In this document: positions 32,492 through 42,550 of the stretch, piece after piece
Layout of the letters: each line of letters starts with the position of its first letter
Position numbering within the stretch: the stretch's first letter is position 1
Translations under genes and position numbers: made by a program
Virus record (IMG/VR): IMGVR_UViG_3300011116_001048
Coordinates: 54,565 to 118,564 of that record
Direction: 5' to 3' (one strand)
Source of the DNA: a virus
DNA: 64,000 nucleotides
The notes under the pieces: generated by a model
Database searches by the model: none
Seen by the model: the letters and a program-made list of their open reading frames with translations, nothing else
What the model was told of the DNA's origin: nothing

Positions 32492-32808
32492 CGCGAGACG
32501 ACCTAATTCGTAATCACGAGATGCTGTGCAATACCGCCCGTGAATTGATGAAGAAAAAAAATGCAGATTACGCAGGTCGAAACGGTGTAGAGCCGTTTGC
32601 TAATTTTACCCGCGTGGAAGCCATGGGTATTTGCCCAACCGAAGTAGGATTTTTGGTCCGTGTAACCGACAAGATGAGCCGCCTATCTTCGTTTATGGAA
32701 TCGGGCAAACTTGAGGTTGCCAACGAGTCTTTTGAGGATACAATAGTAGACGTGATTAACTACATGGTGCTACTACACTCGTATCTAAAAGACAAAAAGC
32801 ATGGCTGA
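32488..32808 (+). CDS. Nmad1/DUF1599-like alpha-helical nucleotide-modification-associated protein
   Basis: KKKNADYA..PFANF...VRVTDKMSRL...ESFEDTIVDVINYMVL pattern. Confidence 0.7.
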   Translation: MTRDDLIRNHEMLCNTARELMKKKNADYAGRNGVEPFANFTRVEAMGICPTEVGFLVRVTDKMSRLSSFMESGKLEVANESFEDTIVDVINYMVLLHSYLKDKKHG

Positions 32809-35371
32809 ATTTTACACTGCTGTACACTGTTTCGGTGATACCATTGCCGAGATTTATTATAAGGATGGGAAGCGGTACACACGGAAGACGCAGTTTCTTC
32901 CGTCGCTGTACGCTCCATCACTAACCAAGGCAACTCCGTGGAGATCCCTGGAAGGTCTTCCTCTAGACGAGTTCTGCCCCGGTTCTATCTCTGAATGTAA
33001 AGACACCATTGAGCAATACTCTAACGTGGCCAACTTCCAGATCTACGGTAATACCGACTGGACCGCACAGTATATTGCCAAAACGTATCCCGGAGAAGTG
33101 GAATACGATTACAAGGCTCTTCGTATCGGATTCTTAGACATTGAGACCGAATCGGAAGACGGATTCCCGTCTATCTCCGATCCCAACGAACGCATCAACG
33201 CTATTACCATTGAGACAGACGGTAAGCGTGTCTCGTTTGCTCTACACGAGTTTGACCTGCCCGGTGTGGAGTGCCATGTGTTTGGAGACGAACGCAGCAT
33301 GCTTCGGGCATTCTTGGAGTATTGGGAGCTACACTATCCTGATATCATTACGGGATGGAACATCCGATTCTTTGATATTCCGTACATCTACGGGCGTATT
33401 GCTAAACTGTTTGACGAGAAGACCGCCAAGCGGCTGTCTCCGTTCAAGAAGATCCAAGAAAAGATTATTAACCGTAAGGGTAAAGACCATACGGTATTTG
33501 ATCTGCTGGGTGTGGCTACTCTGGACTACTACGAACTGTACATCAAGTTTACGTACACCAATCGTGAGTCGTACGCTCTAAACCATATCGCTCAGGTAGA
33601 ACTGGGTGAGAGGAAGCTGGACTATACCGAACACGACAGTATTCGTGAGTTCTACACCAACGACTTTCAGAAGTTTATGGAGTACAACTCTCATGACGTT
33701 ACTCTGGTCCAGAAACTAGACAAGAAGCTGAAACTGCTAGAACTGGTTGTGGCTCTGGCGTACAATGCCAAAGTTAATTTCACAGACACGTTCAGTCAGG
33801 TTAAGACGTGGGACTGTATCATCTACCATCACCTCCACTCCAAGGGTGTCGTGATCCCACTAAAGCCCCAAGCAGAAGAGAAGGCCCAGCAGTTTGAAGG
33901 TGCGTATGTGAAAGATCCTCAGGTGGGCATGCACAACTGGATTGTGTCGTTTGACTTGGATTCGTTGTATCCCCATCTTATTATGGGTTTTAATATTTCT
34001 CCAGAAACCAAGGATAAGTTGGGTAAAAGAAATACTTTAAGCCCGGATTATATTCTTAATCCAGAATCTGAAGAGGCTGGCAAGCAATTTATTCGTTATC
34101 AAGACCATTACGAATATGCCAAAAAACATAACACCACTATTGCGGCTAATGGTGTGTATTTTACACGGGCCAAGCAAGGCTTTTTGCCTGAACTGATGGA
34201 AACCATGTACGGTGAGCGTAAGCTGTACAAGGAAAAGATGTTGGATGCCAAGAGAGAACTAAAGGCTCTGCCTGATACTGCATCTCAGGCAGAACGAGAT
34301 CGATTAGAGTTTGATATAACCAAATACCATAACTTTCAATTGGTCCGTAAGATTCAGCTAAACTCTGCTTTTGGAACAGTGGGAAATCCTTATTTTAGGT
34401 TTTACGATATTGATTGTGCAGAAGCCATAACTGTTTCCGGTAAACTGGCAATTCGTTGGATTGAACAAGAATTAAACAAGTACCTGAACAAAATGGCCGG
34501 TACCACAGACGTAGACTTTGTGGTGGCTTCAGATACCGATTCGGTGTACTTATGTCTGGATAAAGTTGTGCAAAAGATTTTTACCAAGCCTGCTACCAAT
34601 CAAAAAATCACCACAACTTTGGAAAAGTTATGTAAGGACAAGATTGAACCGTTTATTGCAGACAGCTACGAGAAGTTGGCCACGCGTGTAAACGCATACG
34701 CCCAGAAAATGCGTATGAAGCGTGAAAGTATTTGCAGCAAGGGTATCTGGACCGCCAAAAAGAGGTATATGCTTAATGTGATGATGGGCGAAGACGGAGT
34801 ACTACTCAAAGAACCAGAACTCAAGATCATGGGTATTGAAACCGCACGGTCCAGTACACCACAGATTGTACGTCAGGCTCTGAAGACCGCAATAGGTCTG
34901 ATTATGAATCAGGGTGAGGCTGCTGTCAAACAGTTTGTTCAAACGTTTCAAGACCAGTTTAACGCTGCACCTGTGGAAGAGATTGCGTTTCCACGATCTG
35001 TTACAGGTATGGAAAAGTATTCGTGCAAGACTAATGTGTACAAGAAGTCTACACCCATTGCTGTCAAAGGTTCGCTACTGTTTAACCATTTCTTAACAAA
35101 GCATGGGCTGGATAAAAAATACCGGTTAATTGGTGAAGCAGATAAAATTAAATTTATTTACCTGAAAGAACCTAATCCACTTTCACACGTAAGTGGAAAA
35201 GAACAAGTTATTTCGTTTATGAACCAGATTCCTAAGGAACTCCACCTAGATAAGTACGTGAACCGGGATCTACAATTTGAAAAATCTTTCAAAGAGCCCT
35301 TGAAAACCATTTTAGATGTGCTATACTGGAGTATTGAAAACCAGCCGACGCTGGAAGACTTTTTTGTGTAA
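32801..35371 (+). CDS. gp43: Family B DNA polymerase gp43
   Basis: ExoI FLDIET, ExoII GWNIRFFDIPY, ExoIII YNSHD, motif A SFDLDSLYPH, motif B KIQLNSAFG, motif C SDTDS, KKRY, MGIETARSSTP. Confidence 0.97.
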   Translation: MAEFYTAVHCFGDTIAEIYYKDGKRYTRKTQFLPSLYAPSLTKATPWRSLEGLPLDEFCPGSISECKDTIEQYSNVANFQIYGNTDWTAQYIAKTYPGEVEYDYKALRIGFLDIETESEDGFPSISDPNERINAITIETDGKRVSFALHEFDLPGVECHVFGDERSMLRAFLEYWELHYPDIITGWNIRFFDIPYIYGRIAKLFDEKTAKRLSPFKKIQEKIINRKGKDHTVFDLLGVATLDYYELYIKFTYTNRESYALNHIAQVELGERKLDYTEHDSIREFYTNDFQKFMEYNSHDVTLVQKLDKKLKLLELVVALAYNAKVNFTDTFSQVKTWDCIIYHHLHSKGVVIPLKPQAEEKAQQFEGAYVKDPQVGMHNWIVSFDLDSLYPHLIMGFNISPETKDKLGKRNTLSPDYILNPESEEAGKQFIRYQDHYEYAKKHNTTIAANGVYFTRAKQGFLPELMETMYGERKLYKEKMLDAKRELKALPDTASQAERDRLEFDITKYHNFQLVRKIQLNSAFGTVGNPYFRFYDIDCAEAITVSGKLAIRWIEQELNKYLNKMAGTTDVDFVVASDTDSVYLCLDKVVQKIFTKPATNQKITTTLEKLCKDKIEPFIADSYEKLATRVNAYAQKMRMKRESICSKGIWTAKKRYMLNVMMGEDGVLLKEPELKIMGIETARSSTPQIVRQALKTAIGLIMNQGEAAVKQFVQTFQDQFNAAPVEEIAFPRSVTGMEKYSCKTNVYKKSTPIAVKGSLLFNHFLTKHGLDKKYRLIGEADKIKFIYLKEPNPLSHVSGKEQVISFMNQIPKELHLDKYVNRDLQFEKSFKEPLKTILDVLYWSIENQPTLEDFFV

Positions 35372-35381
35372 GGGCACACAT

Positions 35382-35462
35382 ATGGACCTGTCAACCCTGG
35401 TATTTTTGGTTATTATTGTGATATTTTGTGATATTTTAGAAAAATGGATGAATAAAGAGTAA
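35382..35462 (+). CDS. Putative 26-aa membrane peptide (below ORF-track cutoff)
   Basis: MDLSTLVFLVIIVIFCDILEKWMNKE*; fills the gap after gp43. Confidence 0.4.
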   Translation: MDLSTLVFLVIIVIFCDILEKWMNKE

Positions 35463-35502
35463 ACATATATAAGTGTATACACATTTATGAGGAACCCGCA
35501 GC

Positions 35503-37503
35503 ATGTTTAACCCCTTTGGAAATGTACTAAGATTCCCTGATGGCCGAGTTATAGTCAAACAGCCCAATGGAATGTGGAAAGACACCACTACAGGGGTTCA
35601 GTTCCACCAAAACACCGCCCAAGACTTGTTTTACTCGTCCATGTATCATCTAGACGTTTCAGACGGTGGACGGGTAAAAAAAGCAAGAAGTGGCGATGGT
35701 TCAACTTTAAATTTGGATTTTACTGCTACAACCTCTTTAAATTCCATGTTTACGTTTAGTCGAACCACTACGGCAACCTTCATCAACAGCAGCGGGCTGG
35801 TGCAATATGCAGATGCGAATCTGATTCTTCAGAGTGAGTCCCTAGCCACGTCACCGTGGACCCCAACCAATGGAGCAAGTGTTGCCGACGTTTCAACCAC
35901 AAATCCGATAGGAGGCTCAACGGCAACACAACTGACTTCTGGTGGCGCAAATAACTCTGTTCTGCAAGCACCATCTCTCGCAGCAAGTGTTCCACACACG
36001 GTGCGGTTTTGGGTGCGTGGCGGAACGTCTACACAGATGCAGTTCGGATACTTCGCTGGTAGTTTTCAGACCGCAAGCGGAGTCACGGTTGTCGGAAGTG
36101 GAAGCGTGATTGGTACTGGGTTGATGACGATTACGGGATTGTCTACGACAACGTGGACGCAAGTTACATTTGTGTTGGCCTCGCCAGCCGCCAGTGGGTC
36201 ACTTCTGTTCTATCCAGACACCGCAAGCCCAACTGTTGGAAGAACGAACTTTGTGTGGGGTGTGCAGATGAATGCAGGATCAACTGCAAGTGCGTACAAT
36301 CGCACGACTACTTCTGCCTACCATTCCCCCCGTTTCGACTACGACCCGACCACGCTCGCGCCTCGCGGGCTGCTGATTGAAGGCAGCGCGACCAACTTAA
36401 TACCGTACAGTTTTGCTATGACCGGTGGACAATGGGAGTATGCTGCAGGAGGAACTATTACAGTTACACTTAATACCTCAGAGACGACCGCACCAGACGG
36501 AACAACCGGAGCAATAAAGATACTAAAAAACTCCGGTTCAAATTCGTACACATTTGTACGAAACTCAGTAACACCAACAACGTCTGATTATCACACTGTA
36601 AGTTTTTGGGCCAAAAAACCTAGTATTAACGGATCAACATACGCAGGATTGCGTACCACCGGTGCAGGATTTGTGCCAGCAGACGCAACTAAAAGTATAG
36701 TATTTGATCTGGTAAACGGTACTGTTGTGACTGGTTTGAGCGGAAACCAGTTTTACACCAATCCTACAATTACGCCGTATAGAGACGGTTGGTACCGAAT
36801 AAGTGCCACATCTGGGGCAACTATGGCTTCAGGGTTAGGATCTGTTTACGCCAGCATATGTATGACAACTCCTGAAGATAATGGCAAAGAAAACAACACG
36901 CTTCCAGCAAACACAAGCATGTATGTATGGGGTCCTATGCATGAAGCTGGATCTGGGGCTTCATCGTACATTCCAACCGGTGCGGCATCGGGAGGTGCTC
37001 AAAGAACATCAGATAATGCGTATCTAACAAATTGGTCTGCATTCTCATCAAACTGGAACCAATACGAAGGAACTCTGTTAATCGATGGTGATGTAACCAG
37101 AATTTCTTCAATTCAATCATATCCACGTATTGTTGCGTTTACTACCACAACAAACACCACTCCACGATTTGGTGTATTTATGGATACTGCGCTCAATACA
37201 TACAAAGGAGAAGTGTATCTTCAAACATATCTTATAGATGCAACGGTAAGTATAACACCCGGAACACGATTTGTTCACGCAATTTCTGCTCTTCAAGATA
37301 CAACAAGCCGTTTGCGTGGATCGATAAACGGGAGTACAGTCACAGAAGTTACTGACGCTTCACCTCTTGGTTTAACTTTGGTTGGAGGTCTGGCTTTTAA
37401 CTCCGGCCCAAATACTAATTGCCCATCCGTTCATTTGCGCCGTGTAAAATATTGGCCTCGTGCTTTTTCACAAACAGAACTAAATTCTATTACCACAATC
37501 TAA
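35503..37503 (+). CDS. Putative virion receptor-binding/decoration protein with CBM-like and LamG-like domains
   Basis: TFSRTTTATFINSSG, PRFDYDPTTLAPRGLLIEGSATNL, two CBM-like repeats, ASSYIPT..QRTSD, C-terminal ..LRRVKYWPRAFSQTEL. Confidence 0.72.
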   Translation: MFNPFGNVLRFPDGRVIVKQPNGMWKDTTTGVQFHQNTAQDLFYSSMYHLDVSDGGRVKKARSGDGSTLNLDFTATTSLNSMFTFSRTTTATFINSSGLVQYADANLILQSESLATSPWTPTNGASVADVSTTNPIGGSTATQLTSGGANNSVLQAPSLAASVPHTVRFWVRGGTSTQMQFGYFAGSFQTASGVTVVGSGSVIGTGLMTITGLSTTTWTQVTFVLASPAASGSLLFYPDTASPTVGRTNFVWGVQMNAGSTASAYNRTTTSAYHSPRFDYDPTTLAPRGLLIEGSATNLIPYSFAMTGGQWEYAAGGTITVTLNTSETTAPDGTTGAIKILKNSGSNSYTFVRNSVTPTTSDYHTVSFWAKKPSINGSTYAGLRTTGAGFVPADATKSIVFDLVNGTVVTGLSGNQFYTNPTITPYRDGWYRISATSGATMASGLGSVYASICMTTPEDNGKENNTLPANTSMYVWGPMHEAGSGASSYIPTGAASGGAQRTSDNAYLTNWSAFSSNWNQYEGTLLIDGDVTRISSIQSYPRIVAFTTTTNTTPRFGVFMDTALNTYKGEVYLQTYLIDATVSITPGTRFVHAISALQDTTSRLRGSINGSTVTEVTDASPLGLTLVGGLAFNSGPNTNCPSVHLRRVKYWPRAFSQTELNSITTI

Positions 37504-37505
37504 TT

Positions 37506-37805
37506 ATGAGCGATTTTTTCCTTCGAACAAACAATAAAACACTTATGAAAACTGCGTTGTTATCTTCTGGTATTGAGGTAGAAGGTATCGACGGAGAAAC
37601 GGTATGGTTTAACGGTATTCGTATCGATTTAGGTTGGATCGGGCCTATTTCACAGCCCAATCCCACGAATCCCAGTGGCCCTCTTATTACTGATAATCGA
37701 TTTCATGCAAACATGAGAGTAAGTGGAGAACTGGCAAAAGATATATTGGATAAGCTTCCGATATTAGATCCGCCACCTAGTACTCCTGTACGTGTTTGGG
37801 CGTAA
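37506..37805 (+). CDS. Small companion protein of the LamG-like protein
   Basis: DLGWIGPI...DNRFHANMRV; start 37506 follows the upstream stop. Confidence 0.6.
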   Translation: MSDFFLRTNNKTLMKTALLSSGIEVEGIDGETVWFNGIRIDLGWIGPISQPNPTNPSGPLITDNRFHANMRVSGELAKDILDKLPILDPPPSTPVRVWA

Positions 37806-37846
37806 CAGGCAACACATTTAACTACATTTAAAAAGGAATATACATT

Positions 37847-38866
37847 ATGAGTGGGTTTTTACATGATCTAATCAAAGAGTCGGGTAATCAGTACGCAGGT
37901 ATGATTGAAGACGGTATTGAAGGCAGTGATATTCGTGGGTTTATTGACACGGGCTCGTACGCGTTCAACGCTCTGGTGTCAGGCTCGCTGTACGGTGGTA
38001 TTGCAGACAACAAGATTATTGCACTGGCTGGTGAGTCGGCTACAGGCAAGACGTACTTTTCCATCGGTATGGTACGTAAGTTTCTGGAAGACCGTAAGGA
38101 CGGTATGGTACTGTACTTTGATTCAGAGCAGGCTGTGACTTCAGACATGTTCTTGGATCGCGGTGTAGACCCCAAGCGTATTGCAGTGTTCCCTGTGGCT
38201 ACGATTGAAGAGTTCCGTGGTCAGCTAATCAAAATTGTGGACAAGTATCTGGAGCAAGACGCAGAGAAGCGTAAGCCCCTGATGGTTGTACTGGACTCAC
38301 TGGGCATGTTGAGCACCAGCAAGGAAATGAACGATACTGCTGAAGGTAAGGAAGTACGTGACATGACCCGTGCTCAGGTTATCAAGAGTACCTTCCGTGT
38401 GCTTACCCTGAAGCTTGGCAAGGCTGGTATTCCACTAGTAATGACCAACCACACCTACGACGTGGTAGGCTCGTACGTTCCCACCAAGGAGATGGGTGGT
38501 GGTTCTGGTCTTAAGTACGCCGCATCAACTATCGTATACCTGTCCAAGAAGAAGGACAAGGACGCAGACGGTCAGGTGGTTGGTAATATCATCCACTGCA
38601 AGCTGTACAAAAGCCGCCTCACCAAGGAAAACCAGATGGTGGATGTACGTCTCAACTACGACAGTGGCCTGAATCGTTACTACGGACTTCTTGACATTGC
38701 TCTAAAGCATGATATATTTAAGAAGGTGTCTACTCGTATTGAACTTCCCGGAGGCGAAAAGGCGTTCGAGAAGAACATTAACGAAGAACCGGAAAAGTAT
38801 TTCACTGAGGATGTAATGAAGCGTCTAGAAGAGGCTGTAGCAAAGGAATTTAAGTATGGACAGTAA
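37847..38866 (+). CDS. uvsX: RecA-like recombinase UvsX
   Basis: [59 protein letters not shown]. Confidence 0.95.
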   Translation: MSGFLHDLIKESGNQYAGMIEDGIEGSDIRGFIDTGSYAFNALVSGSLYGGIADNKIIALAGESATGKTYFSIGMVRKFLEDRKDGMVLYFDSEQAVTSDMFLDRGVDPKRIAVFPVATIEEFRGQLIKIVDKYLEQDAEKRKPLMVVLDSLGMLSTSKEMNDTAEGKEVRDMTRAQVIKSTFRVLTLKLGKAGIPLVMTNHTYDVVGSYVPTKEMGGGSGLKYAASTIVYLSKKKDKDADGQVVGNIIHCKLYKSRLTKENQMVDVRLNYDSGLNRYYGLLDIALKHDIFKKVSTRIELPGGEKAFEKNINEEPEKYFTEDVMKRLEEAVAKEFKYGQ

Positions 38867-39125
38867 TACTGTGTGGTGGTTTGTTGGTGGTCTAGTAGGT
38901 GGTGTTGTTGGTGCTGCAATTGGAAGGACAGTGTATAATTTTGTTTGGACGTATTACGAAGATTTACGAAAGTTAAATCTACGTATCGTGGACGTTCAAC
39001 GTGAACTGGGCGAAAATATACGCCAAAATGATCTTCGTCGTAGCGATAATTTTCATCTCTTATGGAACAAAATTCAAGATTTAACGTGTCGTGTTACTGC
39101 ACTGGAACCTAAGAAGACCAAGTAA
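38856..39125 (+). CDS. Small membrane-anchored hypothetical protein
   Basis: N-terminal [17 protein letters not shown] hydrophobic segment plus coiled coil. Confidence 0.6.
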   Translation: MDSNTVWWFVGGLVGGVVGAAIGRTVYNFVWTYYEDLRKLNLRIVDVQRELGENIRQNDLRRSDNFHLLWNKIQDLTCRVTALEPKKTK

Positions 39126-40519
39126 TGAAAGAATTTGAACTAGTGCTTCTAGAAGCACTTCTCTTCCGAGAAGACTTCTACAAGAAGGTTATACCTTTTA
39201 TCAAGAATGAATACTTCCACAGGAAGCCTATTCAGATGTTGTATACGTGCATCCACGACTTTGTGATGCAGTACAACGCGTGTCCGTCCAAGGATGCTAT
39301 GAGTATCTGTCTTGAGAAGCACAAGGGCATTGCTCAGAAAGAGTACGATGAGTGTATTGAGATGCTGGAAGACTTTAACAAGAAGTCTGCAGACCAGCAC
39401 AATCTGGAATGGCTGATCACAGAAACTGAAAACTTCTGTAAAGAAAAGGCGTTATACAATGGCATCATGGAATCCATTCAGATTATTGATGGAAAGTCCA
39501 AGGACAAAATCCGAACGGCTATTCCAAGTATTCTATCTGATGCTCTTGCAGTTAGTTTTGATACTAATATCGGTCACGATTACTTGGAAGATTCAGATCA
39601 ACGATACGAGTTTTATCATCGAATCGAAAAGCGGATTCCGTTTGATCTGGAGTTTTTCAACACCATCACCAACGGCGGAACTCCCATCAAGACCTTGAAT
39701 ATCGTGATGGCAGGTACAGGTGTAGGCAAGTCCTTATTTCTTTGCCATCATGCAGCAAATTGTCTTGCACAAGGCATGAACGTGTTGTATATTACGTGTG
39801 AGATGGCCGAGGAACGTATTGCCGAACGTATTGATGCTAATCTGCTGGACATCACTCTGGATTCGCTGCGTGAACTTCCCAAGGAAGTGTACGAGAAAAA
39901 GATGAACACACTAAAGCAAACCGTGAAGGGTAAGATTATTATTAAAGAGTATCCTACATCCAGTGCCAGTGTGAACCACTTCCGTGTCCTGCTGGACGAA
40001 CTTAATCTGAAGAAGAAGTTCAAGCCAGACGTGATTATTATTGATTACCTGAACATCTGTGCGTCTAGTCGTATGAAGCACAACGGTAACGTTAATTCGT
40101 ATATGTACATCAAGGCTATTGCAGAGGAACTCCGAAGCATGGCTGTGGAGTACAGCGTACCAATCTGGTCCGCCACACAAGTCAATCGTACAGGATTTGC
40201 CAGCACCGATATCGGTCTGGAAGACACTTCCGAATCGTTTGGTCTACCAGCAACAGCAGACTTTATGTTTGCTCTGATCTCTACAGAAAAGCTGGACGAG
40301 ATGAACCAGATCATGGTGAAGCAATTGAAGAACAGGTATAACGATACCGCAATCAATCGTAAGTTTATTGTGGGTATCAATCGTGCCAAGATGAAACTAT
40401 TTGATGTGGAGCAGTCTGAACTGGCAGACGCCAATCAAGAACCGGACACAGAAGAGGACGAGGAGTATCGCTTTACCAGCAAGTTTGGTAAGAAAGACTT
40501 TTCCAAGTTTCGATCATGA
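39125..40519 (+). CDS. gp41: Replicative helicase gp41
   Basis: MAGTGVGKS, YITCEMAEERIAERIDAN, IIDYLNIC, ATQVNR, SESFGLPATAD, KQLKNRY. Confidence 0.97.
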   Translation: MKEFELVLLEALLFREDFYKKVIPFIKNEYFHRKPIQMLYTCIHDFVMQYNACPSKDAMSICLEKHKGIAQKEYDECIEMLEDFNKKSADQHNLEWLITETENFCKEKALYNGIMESIQIIDGKSKDKIRTAIPSILSDALAVSFDTNIGHDYLEDSDQRYEFYHRIEKRIPFDLEFFNTITNGGTPIKTLNIVMAGTGVGKSLFLCHHAANCLAQGMNVLYITCEMAEERIAERIDANLLDITLDSLRELPKEVYEKKMNTLKQTVKGKIIIKEYPTSSASVNHFRVLLDELNLKKKFKPDVIIIDYLNICASSRMKHNGNVNSYMYIKAIAEELRSMAVEYSVPIWSATQVNRTGFASTDIGLEDTSESFGLPATADFMFALISTEKLDEMNQIMVKQLKNRYNDTAINRKFIVGINRAKMKLFDVEQSELADANQEPDTEEDEEYRFTSKFGKKDFSKFRS

Positions 40520-41547
40520 CCCTATTCATCGATAAAAAGTTTATCAATCTGATGTCAGGCCAACTGGAACGTTTCAGTTGGAAGAAAGACAATCTGGCTA
40601 ATTGTCGTTGTCCTATCTGTGGTGATTCCAGCAAGAACAAAGTTAAGGCTCGTGGATTCTTCTTTGAGAAGAAAGGTGAGTTCTTTTACAAGTGTCATAA
40701 CTGTAGTGTAGGATTGAATTTATACAACTTTATGAGTAAAGTTACTCCAAACCTATGTAAAGAGTACAGTCTAGAAAAGTTTAAAGAGAAACAACCAACA
40801 CAGGAAAGGGAAAAACCTAAGATGCTGTTCTCCAAGAAGCCCAAAAAGAAGTACACTATTGAGCTGCCCACTGTTGCAGAACTGCCACCTAATCACATGT
40901 GCCGCCAGTTTGTGGAACTACGAAAAATTCCCAAGAAGATGTGGCAGCATCTGTATTACGCAGAAGATTTTGCAGAGTGGGCCAAGCGTATTAATAAAGA
41001 GTCTGCAGAAGGTTTAGCCAGTGAACCTCGTCTGGTGATTCCTATTCTAGATCGTAAAGGGCATCTAGTAGGAGCACAAGGACGAGTACTTAAAGTGTCC
41101 ACAGATCGTGCTGCCCGTAAGAGTGTTCGTTACATCACCATCAAACCACACGATCAAGAACACAAGTCGTGGTACGGTTTAGATCGTCTAGATCTAACAG
41201 GAACTGTGTATGTTGTTGAAGGACCACTAGATTCGTTATTCCTTCCTAACTGTCTTGCGACTGTGGGAATGAGTGATGTGTTTAACGTTCCTAAGGAAAT
41301 TAAAACTCGTTCTGTGATTTATGTGGTGGACAACGAACCACGAAACGCTCAAGTAGTTCATACCATGGAAAAACTTGTTGATCAACATAAACGTGTTTGT
41401 GTTTGGCCTGACCATATCAAACACAAAGATATTAATGATATGATTATGGATGGAATGGATGCATCTGAAATCCTAAATATCATTAACGAGAATGCAGTGT
41501 CAGGTCTCGAAGCACAAATAAGGATCAACAAATGGAAGAAGATTTAA
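40516..41547 (+). CDS. gp61: DNA primase gp61
   Basis: Zinc finger CRCPICGDS...KCHNC, TOPRIM VVEGPLDSLF, DNEPRN, KDINDMI. Confidence 0.95.
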   Translation: MTLFIDKKFINLMSGQLERFSWKKDNLANCRCPICGDSSKNKVKARGFFFEKKGEFFYKCHNCSVGLNLYNFMSKVTPNLCKEYSLEKFKEKQPTQEREKPKMLFSKKPKKKYTIELPTVAELPPNHMCRQFVELRKIPKKMWQHLYYAEDFAEWAKRINKESAEGLASEPRLVIPILDRKGHLVGAQGRVLKVSTDRAARKSVRYITIKPHDQEHKSWYGLDRLDLTGTVYVVEGPLDSLFLPNCLATVGMSDVFNVPKEIKTRSVIYVVDNEPRNAQVVHTMEKLVDQHKRVCVWPDHIKHKDINDMIMDGMDASEILNIINENAVSGLEAQIRINKWKKI

Positions 41548-41837
41548 CTCCAGAAGAACCCGAAAAGAAAAAAGAATACGAAGAAATTGAAATAGACAGT
41601 GATAATCCTATATTTGTGTTTTGCTTCATGTTCATGGAGTATATTAAAGAAATAAATCCAGAACTATACGATAAAGCACATCGTTACGCTCAAGATCATA
41701 CTGATATTGATATTACCGATTTTGAAATAGGAGATTTTGAAGAATTGGAAGACGATGGAGAAGATGACGTAGACGATGAATACGAAGACGATGAAGGTTT
41801 TAATTATGAAGACGACGATTACTCACCAGAAAATTAA
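41532..41837 (+). CDS. Highly acidic small protein
   Basis: 101 aa, about 42 D/E residues by hand count. Confidence 0.65.
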   Translation: MEEDLTPEEPEKKKEYEEIEIDSDNPIFVFCFMFMEYIKEINPELYDKAHRYAQDHTDIDITDFEIGDFEELEDDGEDDVDDEYEDDEGFNYEDDDYSPEN

Positions 41838-42513
41838 TGTTTTAGACAAAGGACACGTTGAATATGTCGATCATATGGGCTCAGATCTTACGGTTGTCAA
41901 TGCTGCTAGGGTCTCATTTGCTAAAACCAGTGAATGGGAACACACAGAAGATGGTACACGTGTTTTATCACAAAAAGACCAACGACTCATCAAATATCTG
42001 GCAAACCACAACCATTGGACGCCTTTTGCGCACCCGCAAATTACCCTCAGAATCAAGGCACCCATCTTTGTCCGAACACAACTGTTCAAGCACAAGGTTG
42101 GGTTCACTGAGAACGAAATTTCGCGTCGTTATGTGACACACGAACCAGAGGTATATAATCCACAATGGCGTGCTGCTCCTACAGACGGAGCCAAACAAGG
42201 CAGTTCTGATTTTATTACAGGCGAAGCTGCAGAACAACGTTTAGATTTTCTGTACGGAATTGTTACAGAAAATATAGAAGTGTACAACAAATTACTGGAA
42301 TTAGGGGTTGCCCCAGAGCAAGCACGGGCTGTATTGCCACAGGGTACCTACACTGAGTGGTGGTGGACGGGATCGCTCTCAGCGTACGCTCGTGTGTTTA
42401 AACAGCGAATAGACGCCCACGCTCAGTGGGAAGTTCAGAGATTTGCTGAGGCAATTGGAAAAATATTGGAACCGCTGTTTCCTCACGCTTGGGCAGTTCT
42501 GACCGCTAAATAA
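41806..42513 (+). CDS. thyX: Flavin-dependent thymidylate synthase ThyX
   Basis: GSDLTVVNAARVSF, HWTPFAH, QLFKHKVGFTENEISRRYV, EQARAVLPQG, DAHAQWEV. Confidence 0.92.
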   Translation: MKTTITHQKINVLDKGHVEYVDHMGSDLTVVNAARVSFAKTSEWEHTEDGTRVLSQKDQRLIKYLANHNHWTPFAHPQITLRIKAPIFVRTQLFKHKVGFTENEISRRYVTHEPEVYNPQWRAAPTDGAKQGSSDFITGEAAEQRLDFLYGIVTENIEVYNKLLELGVAPEQARAVLPQGTYTEWWWTGSLSAYARVFKQRIDAHAQWEVQRFAEAIGKILEPLFPHAWAVLTAK

Positions 42514-42550
42514 ACTTACTTACTTTTAACAAACAGGAGAAAAATTAAAT

